The translations under genes and the position numbers were made by a program. Below are positions 9,032 to 17,779 of a stretch of DNA of 64,000 nucleotides, piece by piece. The notes under the pieces are model-generated. The model saw only the letters and a program-made list of their open reading frames with translations, made no database searches and was not told where the DNA came from. Source of the DNA: Candidatus Binatus sp. (GTDB lineage: Bacteria > Desulfobacterota > Binatia > Binatales > Binataceae); the NCBI RefSeq assembly GCF_036567905.1, contig NZ_DATCTO010000069.1, forward strand, positions 27,899-91,898, given 5' to 3'. Every line of letters starts with the position of its first letter. The first letter of the stretch is position 1.

Positions 9032-10039
9032 TCAGGATCCCAGTCCTCCGATGCAGGCAGGACTTGACGCAGCGCCGGCGCTCGAAGTGCCAAAGCTATT
9101 GTTGTACCAGAGATTATTGCCGCAGGAAGCGGTCGCGTCGCGGAGATCGAAGGTGGTGGTGCCGTCGCCGTTGCCGGTGGCGTTAACGGTCGAGACCTGG
9201 TCCTGAGACGTCGATTCACTGGTATCCAGCAAAACCCCATTTCCGGTGTTGTCAGAGACTCCGTTTGGCGACGCGATAAACGCGTCAAGCACAGACGCAC
9301 TAGTATTTGCCTTGCCAAACGATGTACCGCCTAAGTGGACTGCGTTGCCCGCGTTATCTGCAGCGATGAATACGGTCGCACTAGGCTGGTCACCGTTTTG
9401 AATGAGCAATCCGTCACCGCCATTGTCAGTAGTTGAAAAGTCAAAAATCGTGCATTCATCGCTACATCCATTGAGGAAAATGCCGGTACCGGTGTTTCCC
9501 GATACAGAGAAATTACCCCATCTGTCTGTGCCCCCCATCATCAGCAGTCCGGTACCATTGGCCAAAGTAGTAGAAGGAGGAAAGGCTCCGATATTAACAT
9601 CGTCCCCTACGGTGTTGCCGCCGGAATCCGAGATCCCCGTCCGAAACCCTGTCACGAAGGCATTAAAGCCCTCCACCACGTTGTTGTCACCGGTGATCCT
9701 GATACCAGCCCCGGAAGTTACCGTGCTACCCGGACCGCTTATCGTGTAGCCATTGAGGAGCAAGGCGTCCCTGTCGCCCGTCAAATTAATACAGTTGGCG
9801 GTGGTGCTCGTCGTCGAGAGGTTACCCGTAAGATAGTAGATCGTGTTGGTCCCACCTAGATTCGACGTCGGGCAGTTGGGGCCGTTAACCGCCGTAGGAT
9901 CAGGTCCGGCTGCCCCCGCGATTGCACCGGTATGCTTGTGCTTGGCCCATGCAGTCCCCGGTGCCGCTAAGCCAACTCCGACCGCAAAAGCCAAAAGCGC
10001 TACGCTCAGGGTCTTGGTTATTCGATTCATCTCATCCAT
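9032..10039 (-). CDS. secreted parallel beta-helix repeat protein (Gly/Thr/Asn-rich)
   Basis: Signal peptide (TLSVALLAFAVGVGLAAPGTAWA) followed by repetitive G-x-N/G-T-G-I/L... turns typical of a right-handed beta-helix. A paralog lies at 50847..51728. Confidence 0.55.
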   Translation of the reverse strand: MDEMNRITKTLSVALLAFAVGVGLAAPGTAWAKHKHTGAIAGAAGPDPTAVNGPNCPTSNLGGTNTIYYLTGNLSTTSTTANCINLTGDRDALLLNGYTISGPGSTVTSGAGIRITGDNNVVEGFNAFVTGFRTGISDSGGNTVGDDVNIGAFPPSTTLANGTGLLMMGGTDRWGNFSVSGNTGTGIFLNGCSDECTIFDFSTTDNGGDGLLIQNGDQPSATVFIAADNAGNAVHLGGTSFGKANTSASVLDAFIASPNGVSDNTGNGVLLDTSESTSQDQVSTVNATGNGDGTTTFDLRDATASCGNNLWYNNSFGTSSAGAASSPACIGGLGS

Positions 10040-10287
10040 CCTTCTTTCGCTTTTGTTTCGTTGTCCTTACCGATACACAATTAACAGAACTGATTGCGCA
10101 ACACGTTCGTTTACGACGTGCTGTAGCAGAATTGACAACTTTACGAACGGCCGTGAATCATTCCATTTGGCCTTCTTTGTGTCAAGCGGTTTTATGACGC
10201 CCATTGACGGCTTTCTTATTCGATTTTAGCGGTTAGAAGTCGTACATTAGGCTGAGAGACGTATATCTCTACAATTTGTTATCCTAG

Positions 10288-11592
10288 TTGCCGGCAAGAC
10301 GGAAGCCGCTGTCGCCGTTTGATACACTTGTAATGCGCAGTTGGTCCACGCTTGCGCTTCGAGCTATTGTTCACAACTCAATGGCATCCGACGCTCTTCT
10401 CGACCTTGCCGATTTGTCGATCGAAGCGGCACTCGTGCTCTGCTGCGCGACAACTGCGGCTACGGCTGCGCGCACGGCGCTGGCGTCCGAGGTTGCGCCG
10501 CGCATACGCAGTTGGGACCGCGTCGTCGATATCGCCAAACGTCATGCGGTGCTCCCGCTGGTGCATCGCTATCTGAAACTCGAATGTCCGACCGCGGTTG
10601 CGCAAGAGGGGCTTGCGAAGCTGCGGACCCAGTGGCAGCTGATCATTCTCTACAACCGTCATCTGACCGCCGAACTTGTGCGCCTGATGGGCCTGCTGGA
10701 GGCGGCTGGAGTTGCGGCGGTCACCTTCAAGGGTCCGGTGCTTGCCGCGATGGCATACGGATCAATCGAACTTCGCCAGTTCAGCGATCTGGATATTCTG
10801 GTGCGCCAGACTGACCTGCCCCGGGTCGCCGAAATACTCACCGCCGAACGATATTTGTCGCCACATACCAGGCGCGAAGGCCTCGCGACCGGCTACTTTC
10901 AGGAGTACGAGGACGCCTTCATCGGACCCGACGGGCTGGGCGCGGTGGACGTTCATTGGAACATCACGCCGCGCTCGTTCCGTTTCGCCCCCGACGAGGA
11001 AGCCCTGTGGCGGCGCGCGCGCGGGGTCGATCTGGAGTTCGGCAAAGTGATGGCGATCGCGCCCGACGACCTGCTGCTATACATCTGCGTCCACGCCGCA
11101 AAGCATGGATGGATCACGCTCGGATCGATCTGCGACGTCGCCGAGACCATTCGGGCGCGTCCGGGAATCGATCTGATGGGGATGCTCGACGAGGCGACCG
11201 CGCTCGGGAGCCGGCGGATGTTCCTGACCGGCATCTGCCTGGCGCACGAGCTGGCCGGCGCGCCGGTCCCCGCCGAGCTTGTCACGATAGCTCGCGGCGA
11301 CCGCGCCGCCCGGGCGTTAGCGCGACGCGTCGCGGGGCGACTGTTCAAGGGAGCCACGCAGGGACGGGCAGACTTCGATCCGTGGGCGGTTCCGATCCGC
11401 TCGATCGAGGGCGCGCGCGCGCGAATGCGGTACATCGTCCGCCGAACGCTGGCGCCGACGATGGGCGACTATGAACTTATCGCGCTGCCGGCGGCGCTCT
11501 TTCCGCTCTACTGGGTGATTCGGCCGTTTCGGATGGCGGTGCAATACGGGCCGCGGCTGGTGCGCGGCTCTTCAAACAGTTCGAACGCGTGA
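10288..11592 (+). CDS. nucleotidyltransferase family protein (PF14907-like 'uncharacterised nucleotidyltransferase')
   Basis: The hG[GS]...D-h-D nucleotidyltransferase core is present: GPVLAAMAYGSIELRQFSDLDILV. Size of about 430 aa is consistent with the family, which recurs in kinase-containing lasso clusters. The start may be later, e.g. the MASDALL ATG. Confidence 0.55.
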   Translation: MPARRKPLSPFDTLVMRSWSTLALRAIVHNSMASDALLDLADLSIEAALVLCCATTAATAARTALASEVAPRIRSWDRVVDIAKRHAVLPLVHRYLKLECPTAVAQEGLAKLRTQWQLIILYNRHLTAELVRLMGLLEAAGVAAVTFKGPVLAAMAYGSIELRQFSDLDILVRQTDLPRVAEILTAERYLSPHTRREGLATGYFQEYEDAFIGPDGLGAVDVHWNITPRSFRFAPDEEALWRRARGVDLEFGKVMAIAPDDLLLYICVHAAKHGWITLGSICDVAETIRARPGIDLMGMLDEATALGSRRMFLTGICLAHELAGAPVPAELVTIARGDRAARALARRVAGRLFKGATQGRADFDPWAVPIRSIEGARARMRYIVRRTLAPTMGDYELIALPAALFPLYWVIRPFRMAVQYGPRLVRGSSNSSNA

Positions 11593-11626
11593 GCGTTCTC
11601 AATCTTTGATTTTTTAGCGGATTTGC

Positions 11627-11702
11627 TGGTGAGCCGGCCGGGACTTGAACCCGGGACCCTGTGATTAAAAGTCACATGCTCTACCGCCTGAGCTACCGGC
11701 TC
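11627..11702 (-). tRNA. tRNA-Lys (anticodon UUU), 76 nt with encoded CCA
   Basis: Reverse complement folds as a cloverleaf: acceptor GAGCCGG/CCGGCTC, D-arm TAGCTCAGGCGGTAGAGCA, anticodon stem TGTGA/TCACA with loop CTTTTAA, T-arm CCGGGTTCAAGTCCCGG, discriminator A, CCA. Confidence 0.85.
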
Positions 11703-12164
11703 ACCCGAGAGATTTCAATGCTTACAGGTAATTCGAAGCGTTGGAAACAGTCGCGACTTCACAACTCGGTTGCGCAACTCCGCCGCGCTTTGATTTCAAC
11801 TGCGCATGTTCTGCGAAAAACTCTATTTTTTCAGCTAGTTAAACCAGCTCGAAGCGTGGCGCGCCGTTGCCGGAAGAGCGACGGAAATGAGGCCGGTGAA
11901 GACGCGAGGCTATGTCATTTTCAATCAAATTTTCGATCCAACGCCATCGTGATTGCAGCGCGCTCATCACAGTGAAGGGCGCGATAGCAAAACACAAGGT
12001 GAGTGGCCGTTGCTCAAAATCGGCAAATTCCGCCCTGAACAGCTTGACATGCTACCCACTACTCGAATATATCCAAATCCTACAAATTAGTAGAGCGGGT
12101 TTAGTAAATTAGTGTGGGCAAATTAGTGTAGGTTGGAAGAATCAGCGCTCGAGAGGAACCAAGC

Positions 12165-13388
12165 ATGCGCCTACAAGAGTACTCGGCGAACGGATCGCCG
12201 GTCGCGGCTGCGAGGCATAAGCCTGGCGCCGAGCCGGCGGCCGCGACGTGCGAGTGGTTGAGCCTGGGGGAACTTGCGCATGGGTCGGAGCGGATTGGCG
12301 GGGCGGTGGTGCGGTCGGCGCACGCGCGCAAGATACTCAAAACCATTTCGCGCTTGAGTCCGTACAAGTCAACGGTCCTGATTCAGGGCGAATCGGGAAC
12401 CGGCAAGGAGTTGGTCGCGCGAGCGTTGCATACGCTGGGTGCGGTGCCAAGCGGCCCGTTCGTGACCTTCAACTGCTCCAACCTGGTCGAGTCGCTGGCA
12501 GAGTCGCAGCTTTTCGGTCATGTGCGCGGCGCTTTCACCGATGCGCGCGAGGATTCACTCGGCTATTTCCGCTCCGCCAACGGCGGAACTCTGTTTCTGG
12601 ACGAAGTCGGCGAGCTGCCGCTGCGCCTGCAGCCCAAGTTGCTGCGCGCGCTCGATACCCACGAGATTCAGCCGGTCGGTTCGTCACGCACCTACTCGGT
12701 TGATATTCGGCTGGTCGCGGCAAGCAATCGCGACCTGCACGCGATGGTGAAGGCAGGCCAATTCCGCGACGACCTCTACTACCGCCTTAACGCGGCGGCA
12801 ATCCTGGTTGCGCCGCTGCGCCAGCGGCGCGAGGCAATCCCGGCCTTCGTCGCCCATTTTATCGAGCACTTCAACCGCCTGTTCGGCAAGGACGTAAAGC
12901 TCGTTTCGCGGATCGCCGTGGACGCGCTGTGCGCAAATGACTGGCCCGGTAATGTCCGCGAGCTCGGCCATGCAATCGAGAGCGCGGTTCTGATGACCGA
13001 AAACGATCGTATCGATCTCGACGACCTGCCTTTGCGCCACGACGATTCGAATGGGGAAGCGCTGGACAAGCCGGTCGAGGCGGCGGTGCAAAACGGCGGG
13101 CTCAATCTCGAGGGCGGGCCCGATGGCGCCGGGATTGACTGCGCGAACGCGTCGAAGCGATGCTTCGAAATGGCGGGCTGGCCCTACTCGCTCGACGCGG
13201 TAATCCGCGAGGCCTCGAAGCTCGCGCTGATTCGCGCGCTGCAGGCGACCGAGGGCAATTGCCATCGCGCGGCCGAGATGCTGGGCGTATCGCGCTACAC
13301 GGTTTACCGGATGCTGAACCGGTTTGGCCTGGGCGAAGGACGCACCTACAGGACGCTGCGCAAGTCGATCGTCCGCCACGCGTCTTGA
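12165..13388 (+). CDS. sigma54-dependent Fis-family transcriptional activator (no receiver domain)
   Basis: AAA+ sigma54-interaction domain (LIQGESGTGKELVARALH, GAFTDA, ESQLFGH) and a C-terminal Fis-type HTH (AAEMLGVSRYTVYRMLNRFGL). The short N-terminus has no REC or GAF domain. Confidence 0.85.
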   Translation: MRLQEYSANGSPVAAARHKPGAEPAAATCEWLSLGELAHGSERIGGAVVRSAHARKILKTISRLSPYKSTVLIQGESGTGKELVARALHTLGAVPSGPFVTFNCSNLVESLAESQLFGHVRGAFTDAREDSLGYFRSANGGTLFLDEVGELPLRLQPKLLRALDTHEIQPVGSSRTYSVDIRLVAASNRDLHAMVKAGQFRDDLYYRLNAAAILVAPLRQRREAIPAFVAHFIEHFNRLFGKDVKLVSRIAVDALCANDWPGNVRELGHAIESAVLMTENDRIDLDDLPLRHDDSNGEALDKPVEAAVQNGGLNLEGGPDGAGIDCANASKRCFEMAGWPYSLDAVIREASKLALIRALQATEGNCHRAAEMLGVSRYTVYRMLNRFGLGEGRTYRTLRKSIVRHAS

Positions 13389-13521
13389 ATCTCGCCTGGA
13401 TGCTGGCGCCGTGGCCAGCGTAACCGGGCAGAGCTTCCGGGATTTCGAAATCATTTGCGTTGACGACGGCTTGACCGATCGAATCCGCGCAATCGTTGCA
13501 ACGCAGCAAGCCGCTTGTTCG

Positions 13522-14451
13522 CTAGCGGGCGGCGCGCGAGCGGCCGCTGAGCGCCCGCGCCACGGCGTCCGGCAGCAAAGTCCTGGCGAACCGCAGGTAA
13601 TTCTTGATTCGTAATGGATCGAAGCGGATTGCGCGCGCGAATGCGCGGCGTGCCAGCGTCCGATCGCCATCGCGGAGCGCGTGAAGCCCGATATAGCCGA
13701 GGATGCTGCGCGGCGCGCGACGACGGGCGAGCACGTGGTGATGCGCCGACACGCCGTAGCGCTCGCGCACCATCCGCTCGAAGATTGCGCCCGCCTCCTC
13801 CTGCCCTCCGCCGGGCTTGAGCGGCTCCGGGAACAGCGCGAAGCGCCATACCGCGAGCGGCTCCGCCAGATGGTGAAAGTTTCCGTATTCGCGCGCGCGG
13901 AGCCAAAGGTAAACGTCCTCGAACGCGATCAGATCCTCCGGGAATCCGCCCGCAAGCTCGAACACGCTTCGGCGCATCACGACTCCACTGGGCAGGATGG
14001 GCCACAACCGCTCGAGCATCTCGCCTACGGTTGGCGCGTGACTCGCGCCGGCCAGCGCGGCCATCTGCTCCCGCCCGGTGCTGTCGGCCAGGGCAAGATC
14101 CGTGTAAACGAGGCCGCAATCGGGGTCGCAGTCAAGCGTCTGGACCGTGCGCTCGAGCATCGCGGGCAGCCACCAATCGTCGGCGTCGAGGAACGCCAGG
14201 TACTCGCCCGACGATGCGCGCACGCCGGTGTTGCGGGCCGCGGAGGGCCCGCGCTTTGGCTCCTCGAGAATCTTTACCCGCCCGGCGAATCGCGCGAGAA
14301 CCTCGCGGCTGGAATCGATCGACCCATTATCGATCGCGATGATCTCGAAATCGGTGAAGGTCTGCGCGAGCACGCTCTCGATCGCGCCCGCCACCGTAGA
14401 GGCGCCATTGTAAACCGGGATGATTACCGAAACCCGCGGCATCCGGCACAC
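13522..14451 (-). CDS. GT2 family glycosyltransferase
   Basis: VSVIIPVYNG...IIAIDNGSID...LDADDWW matches the GT-A DxD-type family 2 signature. Confidence 0.8.
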   Translation of the reverse strand: MCRMPRVSVIIPVYNGASTVAGAIESVLAQTFTDFEIIAIDNGSIDSSREVLARFAGRVKILEEPKRGPSAARNTGVRASSGEYLAFLDADDWWLPAMLERTVQTLDCDPDCGLVYTDLALADSTGREQMAALAGASHAPTVGEMLERLWPILPSGVVMRRSVFELAGGFPEDLIAFEDVYLWLRAREYGNFHHLAEPLAVWRFALFPEPLKPGGGQEEAGAIFERMVRERYGVSAHHHVLARRRAPRSILGYIGLHALRDGDRTLARRAFARAIRFDPLRIKNYLRFARTLLPDAVARALSGRSRAAR

Positions 14452-14463
14452 CCAATAGGCGGG

Positions 14464-15369
14464 CTACGCGACCGCCGAACGGCCGGCGCCGGCGCCGTGA
14501 CGGGTGGGGCCGATTGCGGCGCGCGGGTGCTTCCACGCCGAGAGATCGCGCCCGGTCATCCGCTCCAGCGCCTCGACCTCGGGCCGAAAATGCTCGCGCA
14601 TCCGCGCTTCGGTCTCAGGGTCGAGACTCGGGAAAGCCTGGCCGCCGCCGAAGCATAAGCGCCATACTCCGGCGCGCTCGAGCGCGCTTAACGCGCGATG
14701 CCATCGATGCGTCCGCATCCAGTCGCGGGCGTTGCGCGCACTCTGCGCGAGGCGCCGGCTTCTCGGCGCGTGCGTGACCGCATTGACGCGCTCGGAGGCT
14801 CCGACCGTCGCGGCAACCTTGAACGGCGCGATCCCGATGAAGCCGCAGATGCGATCGAGGTAGCCCTGCGGGTCGGCTTCGAGATCGTCGTAGATGCATA
14901 CCAGCACATGCTCGGCGCCGAACATGCGCTGCCACTGTGCCAGATGATGCGCATAGCGGCTCGACTCGCGGATGATGGGGTTGCGCGCGACGGTCTCCTC
15001 GAAGCCCACCCGCGTCCACGCATCGCGGCGCATCACCCGGTACGACGAGTACGCGCGCTCGGTTGGGTCGCGAAACGAACAGATGATCCGGCATTCCGGG
15101 ACGTGCTGCGCTATCCGCTCGCGCGCCTCGGCCGAGCCGAAATAGTTGGGATCGATCTCTCCAACCGGCAGGCCGCAGCGGCAGTTACGGAAGTAATCGA
15201 GGTACCAGTCGATCCCCCTGTCGTAATGGCGAACGAAGAAGTCGGTCTCCTTGGCGCCTTCGGGAAGGCCAACGTGGCCGCGCAGCGCTTGGTCGAGCCA
15301 GGTGGTGCCCGTGCGCTGCGGTCCGACCGCGATGAAGTCCGGAAGCCGCGCGGTGCGCGTGGCGCTCAT
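14464..15369 (-). CDS. sulfotransferase family protein
   Basis: 5'-PSB loop FIAVGPQRTGTTWL and a 3'-PB-like FRDPTERAYSSY motif. Paralogous to the three genes at 16.8-19.6 kb. Confidence 0.75.
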   Translation of the reverse strand: MSATRTARLPDFIAVGPQRTGTTWLDQALRGHVGLPEGAKETDFFVRHYDRGIDWYLDYFRNCRCGLPVGEIDPNYFGSAEARERIAQHVPECRIICSFRDPTERAYSSYRVMRRDAWTRVGFEETVARNPIIRESSRYAHHLAQWQRMFGAEHVLVCIYDDLEADPQGYLDRICGFIGIAPFKVAATVGASERVNAVTHAPRSRRLAQSARNARDWMRTHRWHRALSALERAGVWRLCFGGGQAFPSLDPETEARMREHFRPEVEALERMTGRDLSAWKHPRAAIGPTRHGAGAGRSAVA

Positions 15370-15598
15370 GACGGGTCTCGAAGCGCACGCCGCGCAGCGG
15401 GCTCGGCCACTACATCCGCTTTTCCTATTTGAATCTCCAATTGCAACTCCCGGATACGCCCGACGCGCTCGGCTGCGCCGCGCGCCCCCCGGGCGTCCCT
15501 TGGCGTCGCCGTGCGGCTCCCGGCGGAAATCGCGTCGGGATGGGACTGCCGTCCTGCGAGGCGGTGGGCCTGCAGCGGCCGATAGTTCGTCACACTAA

Positions 15599-16729
15599 TC
15601 ACGCGCGTTTCCGCGAACAAATCGCATTTTCGTAAACCGCAAGATAACGCCCGGCGACGCGGGGCCAATCGTACTCGGCGCGCACGGTGGCGAGTCCGCG
15701 TTGTCCCATCTGGTTGCACTCGTCGGGGTGCGTGACCATCCAGCGCATCGCGGCGGCGAACTCCGGAGCCTCATTACGCTCCACCAGAAGACCTTCTTCT
15801 CCATCATGCACGACTTCCGGCACGCCTCCGCTGCGAGTGGCGATTACCGGTCGCCCGCACGCCATCGATTCCAGGAACACCAGGCCGAGGCCCTCTGGCC
15901 GGCGGCTCGCCATGACGAAGAATTGCGCGCCCTTGTACAGCTCCCAGAGCGTGGCGCGCGGGACAGCTCCGGTTAGTTCCACCCGTTTGTCGATTCCCAG
16001 CTCGCTCGCCAGTGCTGTCAGGCGCGCGCGATCAGCCCCCTCCCCCGCGATAACCAGGTCAAGCTCCGGGTGCGACGAGCAAATCGCGGCGAAGGCCTCG
16101 ATCACCACATCCAGCGCCTTGGATGAAAGATCAAGCCGCGACGCCGTCAGTATGTATGGGCGCGCGCGGCGAAAGGGCACACTTTGCGCCGCTCGGGCGC
16201 AATCCACTCCGCCGCGGATGACTTGCGCGCTGGCGATCGGCGGGTAAAACCTCGCCAGGCCGTTGCGCACCGATTCGGTCAGCACGCACAGGACGGTCGC
16301 CCCCGTGAGCGCTTTGAGCGCAGCCGGATAGGACCAATCGCCGCCATAACAATCCTGAAGAGTCTGCACCAGCGGCACGCACGCGAGTCTGGCCCCATCG
16401 GCAATCGCGGCTAATTTGTTCCACTGATTCACGTGCGAATTCACTACGTCGGGCCGCACGCGCCGGAGCAGCTCGGCCAATTCATGCCCGCGCCGCAATC
16501 GCAAAAGCCGCTCTGGATGGCGCAATGACGGCCGCTTGGTTGCGGGTATCCGCAAGCTGTGAACCGGCAGCCGGCTCAACGGCTCGCGCTCCGCTCCGGC
16601 AACGCCATAGTGGGTGCAGGCCACCTCGACGTGATGCCCTGCCAGCAGCATCTCGCTCGCGAGGTTATCCACGAACTCGGCAATTCCGCCGATGAAACGA
16701 AACTGCGTGCACAGAAGGAGGATTCGCAT
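15599..16729 (-). CDS. GT4 (GT-B fold) glycosyltransferase
   Basis: N-terminus MRILLLCTQFRFIGGIAEFV and a C-terminal E-x7-E-like region (FVMASRRPEGLGLVFLESMACGRPVIATRSGG), as in glycosyltransferase family 1/4. Confidence 0.8.
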   Translation of the reverse strand: MRILLLCTQFRFIGGIAEFVDNLASEMLLAGHHVEVACTHYGVAGAEREPLSRLPVHSLRIPATKRPSLRHPERLLRLRRGHELAELLRRVRPDVVNSHVNQWNKLAAIADGARLACVPLVQTLQDCYGGDWSYPAALKALTGATVLCVLTESVRNGLARFYPPIASAQVIRGGVDCARAAQSVPFRRARPYILTASRLDLSSKALDVVIEAFAAICSSHPELDLVIAGEGADRARLTALASELGIDKRVELTGAVPRATLWELYKGAQFFVMASRRPEGLGLVFLESMACGRPVIATRSGGVPEVVHDGEEGLLVERNEAPEFAAAMRWMVTHPDECNQMGQRGLATVRAEYDWPRVAGRYLAVYENAICSRKRA

Positions 16730-16837
16730 GGCATCAGGCTGCGCGCCCCGACCTCGCTAATCCGTGGAATCGTATCAGAGCGTGGTGACGGCGCAACCTC
16801 ATGAGCGATGAAATCGGGCAGTCTCGGTTGACGGCCG

Positions 16838-17779
16838 CTATTTGAAGATTGGGTCGTGAAGATCGTCAAGGCTGGTCGCGCCCGCAACAGACCTCGCTGC
16901 CTTGCGCTCATCGCTGTGGCCGGCTGGTGGCGCGCACGGTTTCTTCCATGCGGAAAGATCGATCATAAGCAATTCCTCGAGCGCCTCGACTTCGGGGAGG
17001 TAAAGCTCGCGCAGGCGCTCCTCCTGCTTGGGCGTCAGCCGGCCGAACGGCTCGCCGCGGCCGTGGCAGAAATCCCATACGCCGCAGCGGTCCAGAAAAT
17101 TTATCGCGCCGTATGCCTGGCGGAGCTTGAACCAGTACATCAAGCGCGTCGCGCGGCGCGCGAGTCTGCGATTTTTTGGCGCGCGCTCGAACGAATGCAC
17201 GTCGTCACCGATTTCGGGCCGCTCGGAAAGTACAATCCGCCCGATGCCCATGAAATCGGTCACCCGATCAAGATACGACTGCGGCTGCGCGCGCAAGTCA
17301 TCATACATCGTGATAAGTACGTTCTCGCGGCCGAAGGTCTCGAACCATTTGCTCAGGTAGAACGCGTAGCGGTTGCCGCCGCCCAGACTGGGCCGGGCTT
17401 TGAGCGCCTCTTCGAACGATCCGCGCGCCCACGCAAAGTGAATCAGCATCTTGTAAACCGAAAACGAGTGCTCGACCGGATCGCGCAGCGTGGTGATTAC
17501 GCGACAGTTCGGAATGTACGTCTTGATGCGATCGGACGCGAGCGGATGGAACAGGTAGGGACAGACCTCGACGATCGGCCGCTCGCCGGTTGCGTAGCGA
17601 AAATGGCGCGCGTACCAGTCGATGCCCTTGTCGTAGTAATGGCTGAAAAACTGGGTCTCCTTGACCCCGTAGGGCAGATCGACGTGGCCTTCGAGGACGC
17701 GATGCAACCATGTAGTGCCGGTGCGACCGGGACCGGCGCCGATGATCGAAGGGAGCCGGCGTTTGATGCTTGCGCTCAT
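16838..17779 (-). CDS. sulfotransferase family protein (paralog 2)
   Basis: Start reassigned to the internal ATG (MSASIKRRLPSIIGAGPGRTGTTWL). The LRDPVEHSFSVY motif is present. The start overlaps the upstream gene's stop as ATGA. Confidence 0.75.
   Translation of the reverse strand: MSASIKRRLPSIIGAGPGRTGTTWLHRVLEGHVDLPYGVKETQFFSHYYDKGIDWYARHFRYATGERPIVEVCPYLFHPLASDRIKTYIPNCRVITTLRDPVEHSFSVYKMLIHFAWARGSFEEALKARPSLGGGNRYAFYLSKWFETFGRENVLITMYDDLRAQPQSYLDRVTDFMGIGRIVLSERPEIGDDVHSFERAPKNRRLARRATRLMYWFKLRQAYGAINFLDRCGVWDFCHGRGEPFGRLTPKQEERLRELYLPEVEALEELLMIDLSAWKKPCAPPAGHSDERKAARSVAGATSLDDLHDPIFK

Noticed and set aside
11627-12164. Integrase, transposase or CRISPR features near the tRNA or elsewhere
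   Set aside because: No integrase or transposase ORF and no regularly spaced CRISPR repeats found in the window. The mobility claim is limited to repeats, the Xis-like HTH and the tRNA context.
12684-14658. Long antisense ORFs (12684..13670 -, 13681..14658 +, 13451..14119 -) over the sigma54 activator and GT2 genes
   Set aside because: Arg/Ala-rich and motif-free, whereas the opposite-strand genes have canonical AAA+ and GT-A signatures.
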